Virus record (IMG/VR): IMGVR_UViG_3300030372_004705 | Coordinates: 1-57,272 of that record | Source: a virus | Lineage: Duplodnaviria > Caudoviricetes | DNA: 57,272 bases | Reading direction: 5' to 3' (one strand) | Part shown: in pieces, positions 39,888 through 48,029 of the stretch | How the letters are laid out: every line of letters starts with the position of its first letter | How positions within the stretch are numbered: position 1 is the stretch's first letter | Notes under the pieces: model-generated | Told to the model about the DNA's origin: nothing | The model's input: only the letters and a program-made list of their open reading frames with translations | Databases searched by the model: none | Position numbers and translations under genes: made by a program

Positions 39888-40408
39888 ATTTTAAAACCTC
39901 CTGATTCTTTACAAAATAATGCAAAATGCTTAACATTATCCTTATCAAAGGGATAGTTAGCATAAAATCGTTCATCATCATTTTTACTTTCTTTCAATTT
40001 TAGCATTTGTTTGTCATGATCTTGTTTATATTTATCAACAATACCATTATCAAGTAGTTCATTTAATCTTTTAGATATTTTTAATGCTTTAGTTTTATTT
40101 ATTTTACGACCATCATTATATGATCCAGCTGATATATCTTCTAGGCTTAATATATCATCACAATGTTCACAAACAAAGTCCCACAATGGGCGCCACCACC
40201 ATACATTGTTACGAAAATATAACCCAGGATTATCATTATGATATTGTTCATATTCTTTCCAATATTTTGATTGATCATCTTCATTAAGATTATCTTGTAT
40301 TTCCCAACGTTCCTTCCAATCCTCAATAGAATTAATCATACCATAAATACTAGTATCTTTTAATTCTTTATTAATTTGAGGTTTTACACCATGTAAATCA
40401 AATCCCAT
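39881..40408 (-). CDS. Phage hypothetical protein
   Basis: AAGGAG SD; MGFDL...YFRNNVWWWRPLW...FCKESGGF. Confidence 0.75.
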   Translation of the reverse strand: MGFDLHGVKPQINKELKDTSIYGMINSIEDWKERWEIQDNLNEDDQSKYWKEYEQYHNDNPGLYFRNNVWWWRPLWDFVCEHCDDILSLEDISAGSYNDGRKINKTKALKISKRLNELLDNGIVDKYKQDHDKQMLKLKESKNDDERFYANYPFDKDNVKHFALFCKESGGFKIC

Positions 40409-40418
40409 AATTACTCCT

Positions 40419-40544
40419 TTATTTTAACCGTGATTGTCTTTTTCTACGATCATTAAATTCATTTAATAAATAAATAGGTATTTCTAATCTATTCATATCA
40501 TTTAATGCACAACATTTAACTTTATAGTTTTCCTTCTTGTTCAT
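40419..40544 (-). CDS. 41-aa hypothetical protein (not in ORF track)
   Basis: GGGAG SD; MNKKENYKVKCCALND... fills gap. Confidence 0.45.
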   Translation of the reverse strand: MNKKENYKVKCCALNDMNRLEIPIYLLNEFNDRRKRQSRLK

Positions 40545-40704
40545 TAGTGTCTCCCGCAGTTTGTTCATTATCATCTAAAATAACATTTATTCTAGACATT
40601 ATTCTATTACCTAACTCATCATTCTTTTGAGTAATAGCTATATAAGTATAAACATCTCTTAATATGGCTAATACATCATTTACATTCCTAAAGTGTACTC
40701 CCAT
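40522..40704 (-). CDS. Hypothetical early protein
   Basis: AAGGAGG SD before ATG 40704. Confidence 0.6.
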   Translation of the reverse strand: MGVHFRNVNDVLAILRDVYTYIAITQKNDELGNRIMSRINVILDDNEQTAGDTNEQEGKL

Positions 40705-40773
40705 AATACCTCCTTTAATTTTGCCTACCTGCCACCGATTTTTTGTTTCCATTGCAAATCTCACAATCTTACA

Positions 40774-41178
40774 CTAATATTTCTTATTAGTCTGTACAGT
40801 ACTCCAAGTATCTAACTCTGACTCACATTCAATACATTTATCTTTCTTGTAAATCTTAGTACCAGATCTTCTATGTATTGCTGTAGTATGTTTCTTTAAG
40901 ATATACTCAAAGTCTTCAGCTACTTCTTTAATTCTTCTTTTTAATGGTGGATCATCTAAAGAATCTACTATTAAAGTGTGAAATCCATGTATATCATTTG
41001 AGCTATCAGCTAATAATGTATCTAGATACTTCCTATGTATTACTACATTCTTTTCATGTAGCTCAATTATTGCTAGTAACTCTACTAATAAATCACGCTG
41101 CGTCAACATAAATGCTATTAAATGCATAGCACTATTACTTTGCAACATTGTTGTATCCAACTTTAATTTATTGTTCAT
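40774..41178 (-). CDS. Hypothetical early protein
   Basis: AAGGAG SD before ATG 41178 (MNNKL...); CxxC near C-terminus. Confidence 0.65.
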   Translation of the reverse strand: MNNKLKLDTTMLQSNSAMHLIAFMLTQRDLLVELLAIIELHEKNVVIHRKYLDTLLADSSNDIHGFHTLIVDSLDDPPLKRRIKEVAEDFEYILKKHTTAIHRRSGTKIYKKDKCIECESELDTWSTVQTNKKY

Positions 41179-41221
41179 CTTAACTCCTTTATTTAGTTTA
41201 GTGTAATTAATAAATCTTTTA

Positions 41222-41979
41222 AATAATATGACTGGTGAAGGATTTGTTATTACCTTCAAGGTATTTTGTTTCTAGTGGGCTTTTGGCCTCACGACACGAA
41301 TAACAATAGTTGTCACTACCTTGATCATAGTTGGTTGACGCCAATTACATCACAAGATCCATCACAGAATGTTATCCTCTATACATACCGAAACTACGGG
41401 TTGATATATTAGTATAGATTAGTGCCGACAATAAATAACATGGATTTCTCCTTTTATTTATTTGTCCCGTCACACCTGCACATACTTGCATAATTACATG
41501 CATATCATTATCATTTGATAACAATACTAGGCATTCCCATAAGTATGTCACCTGCGTCCCTTTACTGCAAAGAACACCACAGGTTTACCCAAACGTATAG
41601 TATTTCAATATTAAATGATCAGTTTAATATCTATCACTATACTGCCATATTATTAATTTAATTCTTTTGTCATTATAAGCACAAGCCTGATAGTTTCTAT
41701 AGGTAAACCTACATTATACTCTAGAAATATAACGCAACTATATTTTATACAATCAGTGTAATTAATTAATTGCTTTACTTATGCTACAAATGATATTGAC
41801 TTGGATAATAAGGCACAATAAGACCCCAGAGCTATTTCTAGGTGAATTAACCCTGTTATCTTATTACTTATTATTTATCAATGTTATTAGAGAGGAGTGG
41901 CAACCTAAATAGGGATAAGCTATCTATTATTATATCCGCAGTGCTTAAAAGAGACTAGATTCCGTCTCTTCCTCTCTAA
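41222..41979 (-). ncRNA. Candidate large structured non-coding RNA (or a cluster of structured RNAs)
   Basis: ~760 nt without a credible long ORF, filled with nested helices; G-U pairs favour the minus strand. Confidence 0.6.
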
Positions 41980-41988
41980 ATGTTTATT

Positions 41989-42183
41989 TTAGCCAATTAT
42001 TGGCTTTAATTTGCCATATTTTTCTTCATGACAAGGAATACAATTTCTTTCTTGTATACCTCCAAAGACATCTTCAATAACTACAAGTTTACTCCAATTA
42101 TAGTAAACATCATTGTCCATTGTAGAACAACCTTTACATTTTGATTTAAACATCCCAACATTATGTATATAACATCTTTCCAT
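41989..42183 (-). CDS. Small Cys-rich early protein
   Basis: AAGGAGG SD; CxxH, CxxC, CxxC. Confidence 0.6.
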   Translation of the reverse strand: MERCYIHNVGMFKSKCKGCSTMDNDVYYNWSKLVVIEDVFGGIQERNCIPCHEEKYGKLKPIIG

Positions 42184-42198
42184 TGTATCCCTCCTTAT

Positions 42199-42474
42199 CT
42201 AAAATAACTCTTGTAATTTATCGATTTCAAGCTTTTCATCAATATCAGCATCTCGATAAGCACTACGTCTTTCAAAACTTTCATCTATGCTAATACCATC
42301 AATAGGATCATCAGGATGTGTCATAGTATCCCAATCAAATTCAGGAGACATTCTTTGTTCCATTCTTTTCTCCCAAATTTCATGAAACTTTTTTTCTATT
42401 GCTTTATCAGCTTTATAATTACCTGATAATACATACAATAGATTATTTACAACATTGCTAATAACTTTTAACAT
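42199..42474 (-). CDS. Hypothetical early protein
   Basis: AAGGAG SD; 91 aa. Confidence 0.65.
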   Translation of the reverse strand: MLKVISNVVNNLLYVLSGNYKADKAIEKKFHEIWEKRMEQRMSPEFDWDTMTHPDDPIDGISIDESFERRSAYRDADIDEKLEIDKLQELF

Positions 42475-42516
42475 GACTTTTCTCCTTTCAAGAGTGTTTA
42501 GTGTAAGTTTATACTA

Positions 42517-42608
42517 TAAACAAGCATAAGCACGTGTATGATACCCAATAGTGCGGATACTATTAAGTTTTATAAGTGTGAGTTATACAGCATACTTACG
42601 CCTGTTTA
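42517..42608 (-). ncRNA. Long intergenic RNA stem-loop
   Basis: 18-bp closing helix with 4 G-U pairs plus inner hairpin. Confidence 0.6.
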
Positions 42609-42658
42609 ATCCTGTATTCACCTGTTTTATATATAAATAAATAATATAATTAATAAAT

Positions 42659-42692
42659 AAGAATGAGAAAGGGTAGACTATAACGCCTACCC
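42659..42692 (-). terminator. Possible intrinsic terminator after first minus-strand gene
   Basis: GGGUAGGC-GUUAUA-GUCUACCC followed by UUUCUCAUUCUU. Confidence 0.55.
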
Positions 42693-42712
42693 AAACCCCC
42701 AACGATATGTGA

Positions 42713-42979
42713 TTACAGCTTAGCAGCCTTAATGCCATCAGCAACAGCTTTACTAATTACCTTAGATAAGTCTACTGACTGATTAACCTTAGTATCAGCC
42801 TTCATCTCATCTTGGATTTTAGTAAGCATTGAATTGTATGTTGCTTCATCCATACTAGCATCACGCTCATAGTCCTTGATCCTTGACAGGCCTACGATAG
42901 CTCTAGATACATTGAAATATCTTTGCTTAGCTTGATCGTTCCAGAATAAAGATTTTAACATTTTAACATCACTATTCAT
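42713..42979 (-). CDS. First gene of the minus-strand (early) arm, hypothetical
   Basis: AAGGAG SD; 88 aa. Confidence 0.75.
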   Translation of the reverse strand: MNSDVKMLKSLFWNDQAKQRYFNVSRAIVGLSRIKDYERDASMDEATYNSMLTKIQDEMKADTKVNQSVDLSKVISKAVADGIKAAKL

Positions 42980-43268
42980 AGATTCTCCTTATTAATATTA
43001 ATATTACTTAAAAAAAACCAAACCAAAAACAACGAAAAACGAAGTTTGAAAAACCTTGTGAAAGGCCCACACATGGTTAAAAGGCCACACGATAAAATGC
43101 TATAATTTTGAAACCTTTTTAGGATTGCTTACCCAAATTAAACCGACTGGTCGGTCTGTTTTATAAGTCCTTGTTTTACAGGCACTTACGCATGAAAAAA
43201 AACTATTGATTATTAAATTAATTTATATTAATATATATTATATAATTATATGAAAGGAGGTTGTTAAT
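42980..43268. promoter_or_regulatory. Divergent control region (promoters; possible origin or packaging site)
   Basis: Strand switch; A/C tracts, short direct and inverted repeats; TTGATT-N17-TAATAT at 43206-43234. Confidence 0.55.
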
Positions 43269-43469
43269 ATGGCAAAGAAAGATAAGGTATGCAAGTATGT
43301 ACTAACTATAGCTTATAAAGATGGGGAGGATCAATGTGAGTATATACAAGAAGAGATTGTATCTGATGATGATGACAACACTTGGAGTATAGGTAGTATA
43401 GACTTAAAGAATTATTTTGAAGATCTAGATATAGCAGGAATGACCTGTTGTATCGTAGGTAAAGCATAA
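43269..43469 (+). CDS. Small acidic hypothetical protein
   Basis: AAGGAGG SD; 66 aa. Confidence 0.7.
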   Translation: MAKKDKVCKYVLTIAYKDGEDQCEYIQEEIVSDDDDNTWSIGSIDLKNYFEDLDIAGMTCCIVGKA

Positions 43470-43518
43470 TACAACCGGCCAGCTGGCGCTGGCCTTTGCT
43501 AGTAAGCAGGGAGAATGT

Positions 43519-43716
43519 ATGGACACATGGACATTAGGTGAGAAGTTTAAAGCTCAAGCTATACAAATTAAGCAGCTTGAAACTAGAATAAAACACATAG
43601 AAGGTTATCTACTTAAATTGACTATTAATAACAAGGTGGAAGATGAGAAAGTACAAGATAAGGAATCTAAATCATCTGGTGTACGAGCCAGAAGACAAGT
43701 TACCAAAAAATCTTAA
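43519..43716 (+). CDS. Small coiled-coil hypothetical protein
   Basis: GGGAG SD; 65 aa. Confidence 0.55.
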   Translation: MDTWTLGEKFKAQAIQIKQLETRIKHIEGYLLKLTINNKVEDEKVQDKESKSSGVRARRQVTKKS

Positions 43717-44377
43717 GATAGTCGCGGATTGGAGGGATGGTCACATAGGTGATTGGGTTAAGACTGATGACGAGTGTGTTATTCAAGTTTTAAGGCGAGG
43801 ACAAATGCTCCGATCTAAAGGTAAAAAGAAGATCAGAGAATACATTGGAACCTGTACAGGAACATTTCCTATAGGTCCTAATGTCAAAATGGATACTTCC
43901 AGAAGGAATAATATTTATTCTTTTGGAGGAAATAAAAATCCTAATGAAGTTCTCTTGGATCGGACTAATCTGAGTAAGGCTGAGCAGGTCTTCGTCTTAT
44001 ATATGTCTCAAGGAATGCCTCCTGAGCAAGCATATTTAAAGTCATTTCCTACAAATAACATTAGATATGCAAAAGAAAAATCAGGAGACTTAATAAAGAC
44101 CGAAAGGGTAAGAACAGCTATGAAAGAAGAATTGAAACCAGTATTAAAAGACTTGGGTGTAGATGAAACCTATATACTTAAAGGTATTAAATCTGAAGCA
44201 GAGACAGCAGATAAATCTGATACTAGATTAAAAGCTTTATTTAAATTATCTGATATAATGGACTTAGAAGATAAAAACCAAACTAAAGTTACGCAAATAT
44301 CAGGCGCGGTATTTAAGGGATTTGAAGAGAACGTATTAGAAGAAGTTAAAAGACCAGAAGAAATAGAGGGTAAATAG
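43643..44377 (+). CDS. Putative terminase small subunit
   Basis: HTH-like FVLY...PEQAYLKSF then helical RLKALFKL segment; upstream of TerL. Confidence 0.6.
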   Translation: MRKYKIRNLNHLVYEPEDKLPKNLKIVADWRDGHIGDWVKTDDECVIQVLRRGQMLRSKGKKKIREYIGTCTGTFPIGPNVKMDTSRRNNIYSFGGNKNPNEVLLDRTNLSKAEQVFVLYMSQGMPPEQAYLKSFPTNNIRYAKEKSGDLIKTERVRTAMKEELKPVLKDLGVDETYILKGIKSEAETADKSDTRLKALFKLSDIMDLEDKNQTKVTQISGAVFKGFEENVLEEVKRPEEIEGK

Positions 44378-44382
44378 GGATT

Positions 44383-45009
44383 ATGGATCCAAAATTAGGC
44401 AATTTACCTAATATGAATATTGTAGACGATATTAGTAAAGATATTTATGATACTTGGGGTACTGGCAAATATGATATTAGATCGTTAGACTGGCTTGGTG
44501 ACAGCGATCACCATAGTGGGATTCAAGGTGTTGCAAATGAAGTTACAGCAATTGCTGATGCAATTATTACAATGGAAGGCAGTATGAGCCCAGGGGATAG
44601 AGGTGAAAGACATAATAATCCAGGAGCTTTAGCAACAAGATCTGATGCTTTGAGCGGAGGTTATTCTCCTTTGCTAAATCAATTATGGGAAAATCATCAT
44701 ATGTTTCCATCTATAGGTGATAAATTTCCTAATGATCCAAATTATGCAACTCTTGAGTTTGAACATATGCATGACGGAATAATTGCTTTGAGGCAAGTTA
44801 TTGGCAATATACTTTTTAGAACAATATACAATGAGGATGAACCTAAGGATTTAAAAGATTTTGTTTCTGAATATACTGGTTTACCTAGAACAAGTAAAAA
44901 AGTTCATAATTATGCTAATCATATATTATTAAATTTATCTCATTTAAATGATCCAGATATTAATAGTTATTATGATCCATTTAATAAAGTAACGCAAGAA
45001 GGTCAATAA
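44383..45009 (+). CDS. Putative lysozyme-like (virion peptidoglycan hydrolase-like) protein
   Basis: AIITMEG...RHNNPGAL...F....DGIIAL...YA pattern. Confidence 0.5.
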   Translation: MDPKLGNLPNMNIVDDISKDIYDTWGTGKYDIRSLDWLGDSDHHSGIQGVANEVTAIADAIITMEGSMSPGDRGERHNNPGALATRSDALSGGYSPLLNQLWENHHMFPSIGDKFPNDPNYATLEFEHMHDGIIALRQVIGNILFRTIYNEDEPKDLKDFVSEYTGLPRTSKKVHNYANHILLNLSHLNDPDINSYYDPFNKVTQEGQ

Positions 45010-45191
45010 TGGATTTTTTTAATGAGTTCAAAGATTATATGTTGGCAGACAAGGATATTATAAACCATAGAATTTCTTTATGTAAAAAATGCCCTTATTT
45101 AATGAAGCATACAAGATGTGAAAAATGTGGATGCTTTATGAATGTAAAAGCAAGATTAGGGTTTAGTAAATGCCCAGAAGGGAAATGGTAG
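45009..45191 (+). CDS. Small Cys-rich metal-binding protein
   Basis: R..LCKKC...RCEKCGC...K......CPEGKW. Confidence 0.7.
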   Translation: MDFFNEFKDYMLADKDIINHRISLCKKCPYLMKHTRCEKCGCFMNVKARLGFSKCPEGKW

Positions 45192-45997
45192 TGGCAGATT
45201 TTGTAGAATTTTTTAACGAAAAAACTAATATGATGGAAAAGTTCCCAGTTTATGGAAGTGAATATATAACTTCTAGCGGGGCTAAGTTTGATAATCCATT
45301 TTCTTCTCATCCTTATATGGGAGAAGTATTTTATGATATTGTTAGCAATAATGAAAATATTCAAAATTCCATGATTGAACTATTGAGATTAGAAGGCCCA
45401 TTATTGCATGGTGCTGAACAAATTGAAGATATACCTGGATTTTTACCTTTAATGTATGACAGATGGTTTGGAGAAGATTTAAGAACTGATGATGAATTAA
45501 GGGAAATTGCCTTAAATTCTATCGAAGGATTAAAAGATTTAGAATATGTCATTGGTAATCCTATGCTGGAAAGATCATCTATGTCTGCAGGATTTGTCCT
45601 TGGAGAATACCTGCCTGGCAACCCAGATGAAACATGGGCGCCTAGATCCTTTGAAGAAACTCCAGATTCTGTAATAGTTAGTTCTCCAACTAAATGGCAA
45701 TATACTTTGGATGGAGCAGATATGCATGAACGTGAATATACAGAGGAAGATAATTTAAAAACTTTAATTCATGAAGGATTATTACATGGTATGGGTATTT
45801 ATCATCCTAATGCACCTATATATTATATGTTGTCTGGAATGTTACCAGAGTCAGCAGGATTAGGATATAATTATGATGTTATTACTGGCCAAATATATGA
45901 TGAATTAACAGAAGTCGAAAAAGAAAGATTATTATATCATTTATATCCCGATGAAATGAGACAGACAAAACATTATAGCAATATGCCCGTATATTAA
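45191..45997 (+). CDS. Acidic protein with zincin-like motif (start uncertain, GTG 45191 assumed)
   Basis: TLIHEGLLHGMGIYH (HExxxH..G..H). Confidence 0.5.
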   Translation: MADFVEFFNEKTNMMEKFPVYGSEYITSSGAKFDNPFSSHPYMGEVFYDIVSNNENIQNSMIELLRLEGPLLHGAEQIEDIPGFLPLMYDRWFGEDLRTDDELREIALNSIEGLKDLEYVIGNPMLERSSMSAGFVLGEYLPGNPDETWAPRSFEETPDSVIVSSPTKWQYTLDGADMHEREYTEEDNLKTLIHEGLLHGMGIYHPNAPIYYMLSGMLPESAGLGYNYDVITGQIYDELTEVEKERLLYHLYPDEMRQTKHYSNMPVY

Positions 45998-47553
45998 TGG
46001 CTAATTATAATAAACATAATGTATCCAAGGAAGAAGAAACATTAGAATTAGCAAAAAATGATATGATTGCATTTGGTAAGTTATTTTTAGCGGATGACTT
46101 TATGAGATCAGAAACTCCTTTTTTTCACTATCAAGTAGCAGATATAATTTCAGACAAAGAAATAAAACAAGCAGCGATTATTTTACCAAGAGGCCATGGA
46201 AAAACCGTACTTACAAAATGCAATATATTACATGATTTTGCTTTCACTAAAGATCCATTATTTTATGGTTGGGTTGCAGCCTCTTCTAAAATCTCGGTAC
46301 CCAATCTTGATTATATTAAATACCATTTGGAATATAATGAAAAGTTTTTGTATTATTTCGGTAATTTAAAAGGAAGAAAATGGACAGAAGATGATATTGA
46401 ACTTAAAAATGGTTGCAAACTTATTAGTAAATCCAACCTTTCAGGAATTAGGGGAGGTGCTAAACTCCATAAGAGATATGATCTTATCGTACTTGACGAC
46501 TTTGAAGATGAGAATAATACCGTTACGCCTGAGTCTCGTGCTAAAATCTCTAACCTTGTTACAGCTGTTGTGTTTCCTGCTCTTGAGCCTGGTACTGGTA
46601 GGCTTAGGATTAATGGTACTCCTGTTCACTTTGACTCCTTTATACAGAATATCCTTGTGGGTAATGAACAAGCTAAAAAGAAAAATGAAGATTTTAGTTG
46701 GCAAGTAGTTACTTATAAAGCAGTAATGTCAGATGGCACACCTTTATGGCCTTCATGGTTTGGTGAAAAGGAGATGGCGAGGAAGAAGAAATTTTATGCT
46801 GATTCTGGTCAGCCTCAGAAATTCTATCAAGAATATATGATGGAAGTTCAGAGTAAAGATGATTCAATATTTACCAGAGAGCATATAAAATATTGGGACG
46901 GGAGCTTTTTATATGATGAAGATACAGAAATATCTTATGTTATTACCGAGCAGGGGGATCAAATACCTGTTAACGTTTTCGCAGGGGTTGATCCAGCTAC
47001 TGATAGCACTAGGCGTGACACTGACTTCAGTGTTATTATTTTTGTCGCAGTTGATGGTAATAATAATGTATATGTTCTTGATTATTTGCGTAAGCGTTCG
47101 ATTCCTGTTCTTGGAATTCCTGGTGAAAGTAAGAAAGGGATTGTGGATTATATATTTGATTACAACAAAATATATCACCCTTCCTTATATACGATTGAGG
47201 ATACAACTATGTCCAAACCAGTTTTCCAAGCACTGGTATCAGAAATGCGTAGACGAAACGACTTTAGCGTTAAATATAGCGCAGAAAAACCTGGTACAAG
47301 AATGTCGAAACGCGATAGAATTCAAGAAATATTGGCGCAAAGATTTTCAATAGGAAGTGTTCATCTTAAAAAAGATCAACATGAATTAGAACACGAAGTT
47401 TTAATTTTTGGTCCAAGAATGGGACATGATGATACTATTGATGCTTTAGCCTATGCATGTAAATACGCTCATCCACCTAAGTCTATGAAACAAGATAAAC
47501 GTGGTGAGTGGAGAAAACATAAACCTTCAGCAAAAAGCTGGATAATAGCGTAA
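45997..47553 (+). CDS. terL: Terminase large subunit
   Basis: PRGHGKT Walker A, LIVLDDFE Walker B, GTP, FYQEY, GVDPA, HDDTIDAL nuclease motifs. Confidence 0.95.
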   Translation: MANYNKHNVSKEEETLELAKNDMIAFGKLFLADDFMRSETPFFHYQVADIISDKEIKQAAIILPRGHGKTVLTKCNILHDFAFTKDPLFYGWVAASSKISVPNLDYIKYHLEYNEKFLYYFGNLKGRKWTEDDIELKNGCKLISKSNLSGIRGGAKLHKRYDLIVLDDFEDENNTVTPESRAKISNLVTAVVFPALEPGTGRLRINGTPVHFDSFIQNILVGNEQAKKKNEDFSWQVVTYKAVMSDGTPLWPSWFGEKEMARKKKFYADSGQPQKFYQEYMMEVQSKDDSIFTREHIKYWDGSFLYDEDTEISYVITEQGDQIPVNVFAGVDPATDSTRRDTDFSVIIFVAVDGNNNVYVLDYLRKRSIPVLGIPGESKKGIVDYIFDYNKIYHPSLYTIEDTTMSKPVFQALVSEMRRRNDFSVKYSAEKPGTRMSKRDRIQEILAQRFSIGSVHLKKDQHELEHEVLIFGPRMGHDDTIDALAYACKYAHPPKSMKQDKRGEWRKHKPSAKSWIIA

Positions 47554-47562
47554 GGAGAAATT

Positions 47563-47889
47563 ATGCCAAATGTAAAAGGAAAACAATATCCATATACTCC
47601 ATCAGGAATGTTAGCAGCTAAAAGAGCTCAAAGACAATCTGGAGAATCATTAGGTCAACGAAATATAAATAGACCAATGCAAAGACCAATGCAAAGACCA
47701 GTGGGGAGACCTATGGCTAGACCAATGGGGAGACCTATGGCTAGGCCAATGGGAAGACCTATGCAAAGACCTATGGGCAGACCTATGGGACCAAAGCCAT
47801 TAAGAAAAGTTGGAAGTGGCGGATCAAGAAGAATGGGAACACCTAGTCCTAGTCGAGTAATGGGCGGTAAAAATAAAAGAGGTTATTAA
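47563..47889 (+). CDS. Basic low-complexity protein with RPM-x tandem repeats
   Basis: AAGGAG SD; ten RP(M/V)(Q/G/A) units. Confidence 0.75.
   Translation: MPNVKGKQYPYTPSGMLAAKRAQRQSGESLGQRNINRPMQRPMQRPVGRPMARPMGRPMARPMGRPMQRPMGRPMGPKPLRKVGSGGSRRMGTPSPSRVMGGKNKRGY
47671..47790 (+). repeat. Coding 12-bp tandem repeat x10
   Basis: AG(A/G)CC(A/T)(A/G)TGnnn units. Confidence 0.9.
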
Positions 47890-48029
47890 TGAAGAAAATG
47901 CATATTTGACCATTTAAAGGTACACCTCATCCGGTGGGTGAGAAACATAAAAAGGTAACTAAAGGTGCTACTCATTGGGGTAGTAGTGAATTCATGGTAG
48001 CAAATAATACATATAAGGAAGGCAAATAA
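47889..48029 (+). CDS. 46-codon gene with in-frame TGA at codon 7 (selenoprotein/readthrough candidate or pseudogene)
   Basis: TAATG coupling at both ends; GAGG SD; MKKMHI*PFKGTPHPVGEKH...KEGK. Confidence 0.55.

Noticed and set aside
41179-41259. N-terminal extension of ORF 40774..41259
   Set aside because: A strong AAGGAG SD precedes ATG 41178 and the extension overlaps the structured RNA region
41222-41979. Group I/II intron, RNase P, tmRNA or tRNA cluster
   Set aside because: No group II domain V, group I P7/S elements, RNase P GAGGAAAGUC, T-arm GTTCRA or tag-like frame recognised; no interrupted gene flanks it
31415-43268. Lysogeny module or prophage boundaries
   Set aside because: No integrase, repressor pair, att-like tRNA fragment or host genes recognised
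43476-43493. GC-rich hairpin GGCCAGC-TGGC-GCTGGCC after 43269..43469
   Set aside because: Could be a weak terminator, but the U tail is only 3 nt and there is no other support
47671-47790. Tandem repeat as possible CRISPR array
   Set aside because: 12-bp in-frame coding units with no spacers and no cas genes
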